Source: an uncultured bacterium (lineage in GTDB: Bacteria > Chloroflexota > UBA5177 > JANWHV01). From it: a stretch of DNA of 64,000 nt. Below the pieces are notes generated by a model. It was not told where the DNA came from, made no database searches, and was given only the letters and a program-made list of their open reading frames with translations. The stretch spans positions 1-64,000 of the forward strand of contig CAWHAE010000016.1 in NCBI GenBank assembly GCA_963827235.1, given 5' to 3'. Position 1 is the stretch's first letter. Each line of letters starts with the position of its first letter. This document shows, piece after piece, positions 51,098 to 61,033 of this stretch. The position numbers and the translations under genes were made by a program.

Positions 51098-52238
51098 GCT
51101 GCAGTACCTTCAGCAAGCGGTTGAAACGCGGTCTTGCCTGGGGAAAGACCATGTACCGGGCGAGCCGCCAGGCCAGCGGCCGCGGACCCAGGGCCATGGC
51201 AATCAGCCAGAGCATGTATGCGGGGACCATGGCGCGAGAGACGTCGAATCGTTCCACCGAGGCGCGCAGACCGAGCGCAACCAGCTTCCAGGTGGAGTCT
51301 TCCGGGATCGGGTGGCGGGACGGCTGCAGCTTTAGTGACATCATCCGGTTGAGGACGTAGGAAGCGGAGAGAATATCGCGCGGTTGCTTGAGCAGCCCGA
51401 GCTCCAGCGCGCGCCTCACGATCTGAGCGTGAGTCTGCCGGGAATGAGTGACGTTCCGCCTGATGCGCGCAAGATTCAGGCGGGCCTCGTCGAGCTCGTA
51501 TGAGTTCCTGCCGTGCACGCGGTAGAGGGCACACACGGTCGGCACGTAGCGCACCCGGCCGTACAGGGGTGTGAGGTGTGTGAGATAGGTGTCCGCGCCA
51601 CCGCGGTAGGCGGTCTCATCGATAGGCAGTACCAGGCCTAGAACCGCTGCGGAAAACGCGTTTCCGCTGGTCGGCAGCCGCCAGACGTCGTCGGGAAAGG
51701 TGAGATAATGCTCGCGCAGGTCGCCATCAGCCATGTGGGCGTGGTCGGGCGGCTTCGTGGCACCCGTGGCTCGCCCGCAAGCATCGACGACCGACATGCG
51801 GAAGTGTACCTTGGCCAAGGTGGGGTCGCGGCGAAATTCCTGGACGACCATCAAGGCCGCGTCGGGCAGCAGCACGTCGTCGGCGTCAAGAAATATCGCG
51901 ATCGCACCTCGGCTGCGGGCGAATCCCGCGTTGAAGGCCGCTGCCTGGCCGGCGTTATCCTGCAAAACAACGGTGACTCGCCCGGCAAACGTCCCGATCT
52001 CCGACCGCGAATCGTCCGTCGATCCGTCGTCGACTACCAGGACTTCGACGTAGGGATAGGACTGCGAGAGGGCGCTCTCGATCGCGGCCGGCAGGAACTC
52101 GGCGTAGTTGTAGTTGTCGATGATGATGGAGACCAGAGGATCCGGCGATTCCAGCGGGTGCGAATCGAGGTACAGAGGAGGAAACCCCTGTGCGCCTGTG
52201 TGCTTGAGTGCCATCACCCGTTCCATCACTCGACTCAC
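51090..52238 (-). CDS. GT2 glycosyltransferase
   Basis: NYNY, VDDGSTD, FLDADD. Confidence 0.92.
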   Translation of the reverse strand: MSRVMERVMALKHTGAQGFPPLYLDSHPLESPDPLVSIIIDNYNYAEFLPAAIESALSQSYPYVEVLVVDDGSTDDSRSEIGTFAGRVTVVLQDNAGQAAAFNAGFARSRGAIAIFLDADDVLLPDAALMVVQEFRRDPTLAKVHFRMSVVDACGRATGATKPPDHAHMADGDLREHYLTFPDDVWRLPTSGNAFSAAVLGLVLPIDETAYRGGADTYLTHLTPLYGRVRYVPTVCALYRVHGRNSYELDEARLNLARIRRNVTHSRQTHAQIVRRALELGLLKQPRDILSASYVLNRMMSLKLQPSRHPIPEDSTWKLVALGLRASVERFDVSRAMVPAYMLWLIAMALGPRPLAWRLARYMVFPQARPRFNRLLKVLQRG

Positions 52239-52323
52239 CGTACGCTTCAGTGTGCCTGAGGCACCGCCGGCAGGTCGCTTGGCAGGCTAGAATGCCGCGC
52301 GCGACACGGATCTGCAGTTCGAG

Positions 52324-53529
52324 TCACAAGGGAATCGGCGAAGGCGGAGCTCCCCAACGAAACGAGGAGTGCCTGTCAATGGGCCGCCGAGCCAGGGTTC
52401 GTGGTGACCGCCCTACCTGGACCGGCGGCATCGCCGCCTGCGTGTACGGCTCATCCGGCGCGTAGGGATCGAACTGAGCCTGGAAGGTCGGCGAGGCAAC
52501 CACCTGGCGAAAAGCAGACAGCGATGCAGGTGAGGAATCCACCCTCCAGTCTGCGCCGTCCACCGCGTCAAACCATAGCACGGCTCGAACGCGCGGCATA
52601 GCGGCAGGCAAGGCGTTGAGCAAGCCTTCAGTGATCCAGTCTGCCTTGTCACCACCGGTCTCGGCGCTGGCCACTTCCGAGATCATCAGCGGCCGAGCGC
52701 TCAACCGGCCGATAGCGTCATAGGTAGGGCCAAAGACCTCCACCAGACTCCGCCACGATCCGTTCGGCGGCGTGGTGCCAAAGTTGTAACCGTCCATCGC
52801 CACCCAATCTACGTAGGCATCGCCAGGGTAATCCTGGGCAATCGGCGTGGATCTGGGCAGCTCAGTGTTTACACACCACACCCAGAGCGCATTCGTGGCG
52901 CCGACCTCCGTGAACAGATCGTGCACGTGTCGCCACGCGGCGATGTAGTCGTCCGGGCTGTTCCCATTGGGATTGCCCGCGCCCGTACTCCACGAGTACC
53001 AGGTGGCATTCATCTCGTGTGCGAAACGCAGCAGGAACGGGTAGCCCCAGCTCTTGGCCTCGCCGGCGAATCGCCTTATGTAGTCGTCGTAGGCACCGGA
53101 GGCGATCGCCGTCAGCTTGAAAGCAGGCTGGTTGCCAGGCAAATTGTAATTGTCCGGCAGCCATGTCCACATGGGGACGGCACCCCGAGAGCGTATGGCC
53201 TCCATGACGGAGCTGTTGAAGTCAGGAAAGTGCACCCAGTCGCTGCCGACGTTGACGACGGCCGGCATTCTGCCCACGAGCGAGGCGTAGTAGTCAAGCA
53301 GGCCGGCTCTGCTGAACACGGTCTGATTACCCAGCGTGATGGTAGCTCCAAGCGCTATCCCGCCCTGGCTCGGGTCGCGGGCGGTTCCGGCCACAGCCGT
53401 TCCGAGAGACAGAAGCAGAAGGCAGATCGAAGTCAGGAGCATGCACATCGACCGCAGGCGGCAGTACGGCCGCAGCACACGATCGGTGCGAACTCCATGT
53501 AAGGACGCCGCACGAAGGATGATGTTCAT
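52324..53529 (-). CDS. GH26 glycoside hydrolase (start uncertain)
   Basis: RFAHEMN..WY.W, YPGDAYVD....DGYN, PLMISE. Confidence 0.88.
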   Translation of the reverse strand: MNIILRAASLHGVRTDRVLRPYCRLRSMCMLLTSICLLLLSLGTAVAGTARDPSQGGIALGATITLGNQTVFSRAGLLDYYASLVGRMPAVVNVGSDWVHFPDFNSSVMEAIRSRGAVPMWTWLPDNYNLPGNQPAFKLTAIASGAYDDYIRRFAGEAKSWGYPFLLRFAHEMNATWYSWSTGAGNPNGNSPDDYIAAWRHVHDLFTEVGATNALWVWCVNTELPRSTPIAQDYPGDAYVDWVAMDGYNFGTTPPNGSWRSLVEVFGPTYDAIGRLSARPLMISEVASAETGGDKADWITEGLLNALPAAMPRVRAVLWFDAVDGADWRVDSSPASLSAFRQVVASPTFQAQFDPYAPDEPYTQAAMPPVQVGRSPRTLARRPIDRHSSFRWGAPPSPIPL

Positions 53530-54119
53530 GGGGCTCGTTTCATTCAGGACCGGTACAGTGCAGCGGTCAGGTGCTGAGCACGTATCGCTAGAGGAAATGC
53601 TAAAGGTCAGCGCCGTAACATTCCAGCCCGTTGTCCTGTGTAGGTGCCACGTGCCTGCTACGAAGCATGCGGCAGGCGACCGTCGTGTGGCGAATAGGAG
53701 CGTTCCAACAGTATTGACTACACATAGGCTTCTATCTATCCTGGCATTAGGAACGCTTGTAGCCAATCGTAAACGGAGCCATGCTGCAAAGTGGAATGCG
53801 GTGAACCGCCTGGGCCGGAACCGGTCGTTTGCAGTACCGGCGGAGATATCCGATCGGCACAACTGCTCGGTCGCCTCGACGTCGCGGCGATGGGGCCGAA
53901 GGCAGCGAGCTACACCGGTCGAATCGGGGCGAGGCCATGCGAACGCCGGCCCGCTCGGCCGTATTCCAGGTAACTGGGCCGTGTAGCTCGCGCCGATCAG
54001 GGGTGCCTGCTCAAGAGTTAGCAGGCAGAGCGAGTAGCCACGACTAGACGTGCGCTCCGGGCACGTTAGCCGGCTACTGAGTAATGGTACGAGGCAGTTC
54101 GGGAGAGGAGCATGGTGCG

Positions 54120-54914
54120 ATGAAGGTGGTTCTGTTCTGCGGCGGCCTCGGCATGCGGCTTAGAGAGTTCTCAGAAAACGTGCCAAAGCCCATGGTGCCG
54201 ATCGGCAACCATCCAATACTCTGGCATGTGATGAAGTACTACGCGCATTACGGCCACACCGACTTCATCCTGTGCCTGGGCTATCGGGCGCACGTGATCA
54301 AAGAGTACTTCTTGAACTACAACGAGGCTGTGTCCAACGACTTCACGCTATCGGACGGCGGCCGCAGCCTTCAACTGCTCAGCAGCGACATCCACGACTG
54401 GCGAGTGACCTTCATCGATACCGGGCTGACGTCGAACATCGGGCAGCGGCTGAAAGCTGTGGAGCCGTATCTCGATGGAGAGAAGGTCTTCCTGGCCAAC
54501 TACACGGACGGCCTGACGGACCTGCCGCTGCCCACTCTCGTGGATCACTTCACCGCCTCGGACAAGGTCGGCTGCTTCGTGGCAGTGCGGCCGACCCAGA
54601 CCTTTCACCGCGTCACCATCGAGCCGGACGGGGCAGTACGCAGTATCCGCGACGCGCGCGATGCCGATTTTCGCATCAACGGCGGCTTCTTCGTGTTCAA
54701 GCACGAGATCTTCGACTACATCCGGCCCGGTGAGGAGCTCGTGCACGAGCCGTTCCAGCGCCTGATCGCCGAGAAGCAGCTTACCGCGTACAAGCACGAT
54801 GGCTTCTGGTCGTGCATGGATACTTTCAAGGAGAAACAGCAGTTCGACGACATGTACGCACGAGGCGAGGTGCCCTGGGAAGTGTGGCATAAGCCGGTCA
54901 TGCGAGTGAGCTAG
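54120..54914 (+). CDS. rfbF: Glucose-1-phosphate cytidylyltransferase-like protein
   Basis: CGGLGMRL, PKPMV, INGGFF, FW.CMDT. Confidence 0.88.
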   Translation: MKVVLFCGGLGMRLREFSENVPKPMVPIGNHPILWHVMKYYAHYGHTDFILCLGYRAHVIKEYFLNYNEAVSNDFTLSDGGRSLQLLSSDIHDWRVTFIDTGLTSNIGQRLKAVEPYLDGEKVFLANYTDGLTDLPLPTLVDHFTASDKVGCFVAVRPTQTFHRVTIEPDGAVRSIRDARDADFRINGGFFVFKHEIFDYIRPGEELVHEPFQRLIAEKQLTAYKHDGFWSCMDTFKEKQQFDDMYARGEVPWEVWHKPVMRVS

Positions 54915-54931
54915 GAGGATTCCTCGAAGGC

Positions 54932-55576
54932 ATGCAGACACTCTCATTCACCAGCCCGCCGCGGCGAATCCTCTGTCTGGGCGCACACAGCGACGACCTG
55001 GAAATCGGTTGCGGCGGCACCTTGTTGCGCCTGCTCCACTCCTTTCCCGGCGTAGAGGTATGCTGGATGGTCTTCGGCGCCCGCGAACAGCGAGCCGAGG
55101 AAGCGCGTCGAAGCGCCGAGGCGTTCCTGGCGCGGTCTGCGACGCCCGCGATCGACGTCCGCGGCTTCAGGGACGGCTTCTTTCCTTACCTGGGTGATGA
55201 GATCAAGGTCTGTTTCGAAGAGCTGAAATCGCGATTCGCTCCGGACCTCATCTTCACCCATCAGGGCCGGGACGCGCATCAGGATCACAGGCTGCTCAAC
55301 GAGCTCACGTGGAATACCTTCCGAAATCACCTCATTCTGGAGTACGAGATTCCGAAATATGACGGCGACTTCGGCTCGCCCAACGTGTTCGTCTACCTGG
55401 ACGAACAGACCGTGCACGCGAAGGTCGACCACTTGATGACATACTTCGCCACGCAGCGCGACAAGCATTGGTTCACTCGGGACCTCTTCATGTCTGTGCT
55501 GCGTATCCGCGGGATGGAGTCCGCGTCGCCTTCGGGGTTTGCCGAGGCATTCTACTCCAGAAAAGTCGCATTCTGA
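54932..55576 (+). CDS. PIG-L family deacetylase
   Basis: GAHSDD, HQDH. Confidence 0.88.
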   Translation: MQTLSFTSPPRRILCLGAHSDDLEIGCGGTLLRLLHSFPGVEVCWMVFGAREQRAEEARRSAEAFLARSATPAIDVRGFRDGFFPYLGDEIKVCFEELKSRFAPDLIFTHQGRDAHQDHRLLNELTWNTFRNHLILEYEIPKYDGDFGSPNVFVYLDEQTVHAKVDHLMTYFATQRDKHWFTRDLFMSVLRIRGMESASPSGFAEAFYSRKVAF

Positions 55577-55606
55577 GCCAGACGCTTTGGTGGGGAGTGA
55601 TAGCAG

Positions 55607-56656
55607 ATGAAGGTATTGGTAACCGGAACCGACGGGTATATCGGGTCACAGCTCGCTCCTTACCTCCGAGCAAGGGGCCACGAGGTGGTCGGGCTGGACG
55701 CGGGCTTCTACCGGGACGGCCTGCTTTACGGGGAGGATAATCCCGGGGGCACCACGATACGAAAGGACATCCGCCACATCGAGCTGGAAGACGTGCAGGG
55801 CTTCGACGCGGTGGTGCACCTGGCGGAGCTGTCAAACGACCCCCTGGGTCAGCACAATCGACAACTCACCTTCGACATCAACCATCTGGGAAGCGTCCGG
55901 CTGGCCAGGCTGTGCCGGGAAGCCGGTGTGCGCCGCTTCGTCTACACCTCGTCCTGCAGCGTGTACGGCATCGGCACCGACGAGATCATGACGGAGGAGA
56001 GCGCTCCCAACCCGCAGACTGCCTACGCCGAGTGCAAGGTCCTGGTCGAGCGCGACGTGCGTAGCCTGGCCGGCGACTACTTTTCGCCGACGTTCCTGCG
56101 CAATGCGACGGCTTTCGGCCCGTCGCCACGCATGCGGTTCGACATCGTGTTGAACAACCTGGCCGGGCTCGCCTGGACGACGAACACGATCGCCATGACC
56201 AGTGACGGCACACCGTGGCGGCCCCTGGTTCACGTCCTCGACATTTGCGAGGCGATCGCCTGTACTCTCGCGGCGCCGCCCGAAGCCGTGCACAACCAGA
56301 TCTTCAACGTGGGCGATTCGCGCTTCAACTACCGCGTCAAAGAGATCGCCAACGTGGTCGCGGATGCATTCCCGGGGTGCAAGGTTACGTTTGGCAAGCC
56401 GGACAAGGATAATCGCAGCTACCGCGTGTCCTTTGCCAAGATCTCGGCGCACCTGCCCTCGTTTGCCTGCTCGCGCGATGCCGCTACGGGTGCACGAGAG
56501 CTCTACGAGATCTTCAGCTCCATTGAGATGCCCGCAGACAGGTTCAAGTTCAGAGCGTTCACCCGCCTGGATCAGATCCGCTACCTGCTGGAGACTGGAC
56601 AGATCGACGACCGCCTCTACTGGCGAGCAGCCGCTCCGGCGTTCGCCGCAAACTGA
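55607..56656 (+). CDS. NAD-dependent epimerase/dehydratase
   Basis: GTDGYIG, SSCSVYG, YAECK. Confidence 0.9.
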   Translation: MKVLVTGTDGYIGSQLAPYLRARGHEVVGLDAGFYRDGLLYGEDNPGGTTIRKDIRHIELEDVQGFDAVVHLAELSNDPLGQHNRQLTFDINHLGSVRLARLCREAGVRRFVYTSSCSVYGIGTDEIMTEESAPNPQTAYAECKVLVERDVRSLAGDYFSPTFLRNATAFGPSPRMRFDIVLNNLAGLAWTTNTIAMTSDGTPWRPLVHVLDICEAIACTLAAPPEAVHNQIFNVGDSRFNYRVKEIANVVADAFPGCKVTFGKPDKDNRSYRVSFAKISAHLPSFACSRDAATGARELYEIFSSIEMPADRFKFRAFTRLDQIRYLLETGQIDDRLYWRAAAPAFAAN

Positions 56657-56731
56657 GGGCTCGGTGTGCCGCCCAGCCGGCGGCGCGACCGTCTCGTTCC
56701 CGGCGGCACTCAGCAGTGACCGCCGGGAACA

Positions 56732-57301
56732 CTAGCTCTCGAGGGCCTCGATGCGAGGACCCAGGCTGTCGATCATGGCGTGCAGCCGCTCGTGCGTACC
56801 CTTCCCCATTACCTCTTCTTCGAAGCGATCGAACGACGCTACCAGAGCGGCTTCCTCCGCATCGTCTGTGACGGCACCGGCCCGCTTCAGAACGTCGTCG
56901 TTCTCGCGCTGAATGTGACCGCGCAGGAACTGCGCATAAGCCCGCGCCGCCCGTGCCACATCCGGCACCGCCGAGGCACCGTCCACCGCGTACTTCCGCA
57001 CTGCCTCTGCCAGGTCATCGACCAGGCGGCCGCCTTCGACGTGCTCGGCTTCGAGGCGCAAGACGTGGCCCGCCAACGCCGAATCCCGGCGCAGTACTGG
57101 GAACACGATCTGCTCCTCTTTGCCATGGTGGCATGCGCCGACAAACAGGCTGAAGAACTGCGCGAGATCCTCGAACACCAGCACATCGACCGGCCGGCCG
57201 CTTTCTACTGCCACGACGGCCCTATCCTGTAGTTCGAGAACGCCAAGAATGGCCGAATGCTCCTGCATCAGAATATCACAGCTCGATCGTGCAGCATTCA
57301 T
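56732..57301 (-). CDS. Hemerythrin-like protein
   Basis: EH, HHGKEE..VFP, EH, HIQREN. Confidence 0.85.
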   Translation of the reverse strand: MNAARSSCDILMQEHSAILGVLELQDRAVVAVESGRPVDVLVFEDLAQFFSLFVGACHHGKEEQIVFPVLRRDSALAGHVLRLEAEHVEGGRLVDDLAEAVRKYAVDGASAVPDVARAARAYAQFLRGHIQRENDDVLKRAGAVTDDAEEAALVASFDRFEEEVMGKGTHERLHAMIDSLGPRIEALES

Positions 57302-57527
57302 ATGGTTTGATTCCTTCTCTTGCACGGCCAATCGCCGGGAGAGCCGGCCCGCCGGCGCCAGGCCGTCTCTCCGGGCCTTCACGTCGATTCTAGGCCCTAA
57401 GGCGTGGCCGGTCTGTGACCACAGTCACACATAGCGCAGAGCCGATCCCGTAGCCCGTCAGAGCGCTCAACACTCAGGGTAGTGCCGATGGGTTGAGTAG
57501 CCCGGCAAACTCGGCAACCGAACCGGC

Positions 57528-59123
57528 TCAGGAGAGGTCGCTCTCCCCGGCTATGGCCGCCAGCTCCTCATCGCTTTTCCGCGCGGCGAAGTCACTGAAC
57601 GACTGCCCGTCCGCGCGCTCGCGGAGGTAGGCGCCGACGAAGTTATCCACGCATTGCGGCACCGAATCGGCAGGCACGCAGCGGATGACGGCGTGACCCA
57701 GGGCCATCGGCGCGTCGCGCCGGCCACCCAGGTAGATCGTGTAGACATCCCGCCGGTCACCCTGTTCGTTGACGCGCACCCGTGCTGCCTGCAGGCCAAT
57801 ATCGGCAATCCAGTGCTGGGCGCACGAGCGGGGGCAAGCGTCCACGCTGAGCGAGAGCATGCCGGCCACGCTTCCGTAGCGCCCCTGCAGACGATCGACG
57901 ATGCGGCGCAGCATGGGTTTTGACGGTGCCACGGCGAACGGGCAGAACGGCTGGCCGCTGCAGGCTGTGCCGAGAGCACCGGCGGCCGAACCGGGAACGG
58001 CCAGACCGGCGCGGGCAAGCGCGTCGCGGACGGACTCGACGTCACCGCTCGCAATATGCGCCACTATGAGGTTTTGCTGCGTCGTCAGCCGAATGTCGGC
58101 GCCGCAGGATTCCGCCAGGCGCGCCACGGCCAACGACTGCTCGGTCGTGATCTGCCCGTCGACCAGGCGGATACCTAGATAGTATCTGCCGTCCTTCTGC
58201 CGGATGATTGCCATATGATCAGTGGCCGGGCTTCGATCCGCCGGAATATCAAGCCGCTCGAGCTGCCGATCAAGAAGCGCGTCCAGTCGCCGTGCAATGT
58301 CGTCGACGCCGTACGCGTCGACCATCCACTTCAGGCGCGCTCTGGCGACTGAGTGCTGCCTGGGCGCGAACTCCATCCACATGGCGATAAGGGCACGAGC
58401 TACCGGTATCACATCGGCCCGCGTCACGAGAACTCCGAGGGATCGTCCAAGACGAGGACTGGCGCCCAGGCCACCGCCGACTCGCACGTCGAAGGCCTCA
58501 GTGCCCGCACCATGCGCTATCGGCACACGGATAGCGGAGAAGCTGATGCAGTTTAGCTCGGGCACGCAGCAGCGGCCGGCGCAGGACGTCACGCTGAGCT
58601 TCAGCTTGCGCGGCAATGCGCCGAGCCCGACGTCGCGCCTGAGCTCAACCGAGAGATCATCGTAGACGCCGCGGCAGTCGAACAGCTCGTCCGGGTCCAG
58701 ACCCGAGACAGGACAACCAGTCATGTTGACGAGCGTGCTGCCGCCCGCACCGAGCGAGGTGAGGCCGGCCGCGTCGAGATCAGCATAGACAGCCGGCAGA
58801 CTCGACAGCGCGATACCATGTAGCTGGATGCACTGCCGGGTCGTGAGCTCAGCCATGCCGTTGCCGTGCCTGTCGACAAGCCTGCTTATGGTCTCTAGCT
58901 GAGCAGCGCTCAGACGGCCACCGGGCGTACGAACGCGCAGCATGAGGTGCTCTGGGTGGTCGGCGTCCCGGTAGACGCCGCAGCGGCGCGCGGCCGCTAC
59001 ATCCTCACTGGTGGCCTTGTCGAGGTCGCCTGCGAAAGACGGAGCGAGCCCGACGAATATCTGCCAGGTCGAGATCGCCTGCGGTCGTGGCGTGAGACTG
59101 TCGATCATGGTCGTCCCGTGCAC
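57528..59123 (-). CDS. Ferredoxin nitrite/sulfite reductase family protein
   Basis: TTRQCIQ, LPRKLK; siroheme/4Fe-4S ligands ACSG..FC and ACPRSC. Confidence 0.88.
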   Translation of the reverse strand: MHGTTMIDSLTPRPQAISTWQIFVGLAPSFAGDLDKATSEDVAAARRCGVYRDADHPEHLMLRVRTPGGRLSAAQLETISRLVDRHGNGMAELTTRQCIQLHGIALSSLPAVYADLDAAGLTSLGAGGSTLVNMTGCPVSGLDPDELFDCRGVYDDLSVELRRDVGLGALPRKLKLSVTSCAGRCCVPELNCISFSAIRVPIAHGAGTEAFDVRVGGGLGASPRLGRSLGVLVTRADVIPVARALIAMWMEFAPRQHSVARARLKWMVDAYGVDDIARRLDALLDRQLERLDIPADRSPATDHMAIIRQKDGRYYLGIRLVDGQITTEQSLAVARLAESCGADIRLTTQQNLIVAHIASGDVESVRDALARAGLAVPGSAAGALGTACSGQPFCPFAVAPSKPMLRRIVDRLQGRYGSVAGMLSLSVDACPRSCAQHWIADIGLQAARVRVNEQGDRRDVYTIYLGGRRDAPMALGHAVIRCVPADSVPQCVDNFVGAYLRERADGQSFSDFAARKSDEELAAIAGESDLS

Positions 59124-59260
59124 CGAATGATCACGGTAGCCGCGCTGCGCGCCGGAGCCGGCTACGCCGGCACTTGCCCGCTGTTAGCATACGTCACCTG
59201 TCAAGTACCTGCTGCGACGTGGGTCACGCAGGTGCAACCGCGGATCGGGAACCAGATCAC

Positions 59261-59288
59261 GGTGCCTGGTGCCCGGTGCCCGGTGCCG
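59261..59288. repeat. Short heptamer repeat (GGTGCCN)4
   Basis: Directly visible. Confidence 0.7.
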
Positions 59289-59351
59289 CGAGTATCCTGG
59301 CCGCTCGCCAGCCACCTGGAGGACAGCGGGACGAGCGCGAGTCAAGAATGT

Positions 59352-59516
59352 GGGCGTCCCGGTGCCGTGAGCTTCCCTCACAGAAGGACCGTACGGCTCG
59401 CAAAGCCGAGACCGCGGGCGTGTTGCCCGCATCGACCCCGTGCTGCCTTCACTGTCGCGGGCGGTATTGCCGACCGGCTTCAAAGGCCTATGGTCCCGTT
59501 CACCCGCTGGACGTCC
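59352..59516 (+). ncRNA. Candidate multibranched structured RNA upstream of the VIT1 gene
   Basis: Two 8-bp long-range stems enclosing several hairpins. Confidence 0.35.
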
Positions 59517-59636
59517 GGGCGGTGGACATCGCCGCACTCGCGCTGTTCTGGCAGGATAGCATAGGAGAAACGGGGTGGGCAGCATGGGCAGGCATGCCCG
59601 CAGGCCGAAAGGAAACGTGAGGCAGAGAGTCGCAGC

Positions 59637-60821
59637 ATGAATCAGCAAACTAGCGGCGGTACATCAGCCGCGGCGGTTGCAAGATTGCTCGCCGCCTGGC
59701 GAGGCGAGATCGAGGCACGCTATGTCTACGACATCATCGCCATGCGCGAGCCCGACGAACGCAGGTCCGCCATCCTGCGCAAGATAGCCGAGGGCGAGAG
59801 CAAGCACCGGAAAATGCTCGAGGCGCGTCTGACGGAGCTGGGAGTTGAGATACCCGATCCGGCGAGCGTGCACATCTCACCATGGGTCCGCATGCAGGCG
59901 AGGCTGGCCCCGATCGAGCAGCTCCTGCGGGCCCGTGAAGCCGCTGAAGACGAAGAGGTCCTCAACCAATACGGCACGCCCACGGGCGACGCCGGTACCG
60001 ACGCCGTCCTGGGAGAGATACGGCGCGATGAGCGATCGCACTCACTAACCGTCAACAGCATGCTCGGCGAGGACGTTTCTCCGGCGCCTTCCGAAGCCAG
60101 GACGGCGATTCAGGAGCGGCTCGACCGCATGCTCAGCACTGAGCGCCATCGCACAGGATCGGGCTGGGTCTCGGACGCCATCTACGGCGCGAACGACGGG
60201 CTTGCCGCCGTGTTCGGCGTGGTGGCGGGCGTCTCGGGAGCCACCGGGGCGACCAGGATCAGCGTGCTCACCGCCGGCCTGGCGGGGGCGATTGCCTCAG
60301 CCCTATCCATGGGCGTGGGCGCCTGGCTGGCTGCGCGGTCGTCCAACGAGATCGCCGAGGCGACCATTGCCCAGGAGCGCAAGGAGCTGGAGATCGACCC
60401 GGCCGAGGAGGTCGAGGAGCTCTCCTTGTTCTACCAGCTCAAGGGCTTGAGCCAGGCGGAGGCCGACGACTTCGTGGCGAAGCTGGCGCGCAGCCAAGAG
60501 GCCATGCTGGAGGCGCTGACGGCAGAGGAGTTCGGCGGGCTGGAACAGGGGAAGAACCCGTGGAATGCCGGGCTTGCCGGACTGACGAGCACGGCTATCG
60601 GCGCCATCGTGCCGGTGATACCGTTCTTCTTCCTGGGGGGAGTGGCCGGGCTGGTCACCGCCTTCGCCGTGTCGCTACTGGCGCACTTCGGCGTAGGAGC
60701 CGCGAAGTCGCTCTTCACGCTGCGCAGCTGGTGGTTTTCCGGCCTAGAGATGACCTTGGCAGGAGTCATCGTCGGCGGTGGGACCTTTGTGCTCGGCCTG
60801 CTGGTCGGCGTCGCCACCTGA
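59637..60821 (+). CDS. Ferritin-like domain fused to a VIT1/CCC1 metal transporter
   Basis: ExxH motifs (ESKH, ERSH); IYGANDG and ALSMG.G. Confidence 0.88.
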   Translation: MNQQTSGGTSAAAVARLLAAWRGEIEARYVYDIIAMREPDERRSAILRKIAEGESKHRKMLEARLTELGVEIPDPASVHISPWVRMQARLAPIEQLLRAREAAEDEEVLNQYGTPTGDAGTDAVLGEIRRDERSHSLTVNSMLGEDVSPAPSEARTAIQERLDRMLSTERHRTGSGWVSDAIYGANDGLAAVFGVVAGVSGATGATRISVLTAGLAGAIASALSMGVGAWLAARSSNEIAEATIAQERKELEIDPAEEVEELSLFYQLKGLSQAEADDFVAKLARSQEAMLEALTAEEFGGLEQGKNPWNAGLAGLTSTAIGAIVPVIPFFFLGGVAGLVTAFAVSLLAHFGVGAAKSLFTLRSWWFSGLEMTLAGVIVGGGTFVLGLLVGVAT

Positions 60822-61033
60822 GGTAGCGGCTCGCTGCCGCCAAGCGTCGCGCCCGGGAAGCCAATGGCCGGGCCGAGGTGGAAGCCACTCACGCCACTAT
60901 ACCTGACGAGCACCACTGGAAGAGTGCCGCCCGCCAGCAGAAGCGGACGGCCGGCTCACGGCGCCGGCCGAACAAGGGCGGTGCGAGGAGCAGAGCCGCC
61001 TCGTGGGAGCCTGCTCCTCGCGCCGGGCACTTA

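Noticed and set aside
59285-59520. Cobalamin or SAM-I riboswitch on the minus strand ahead of the reductase
   Set aside because: Only fragmentary motif matches; G-U pairing favours a + strand structure
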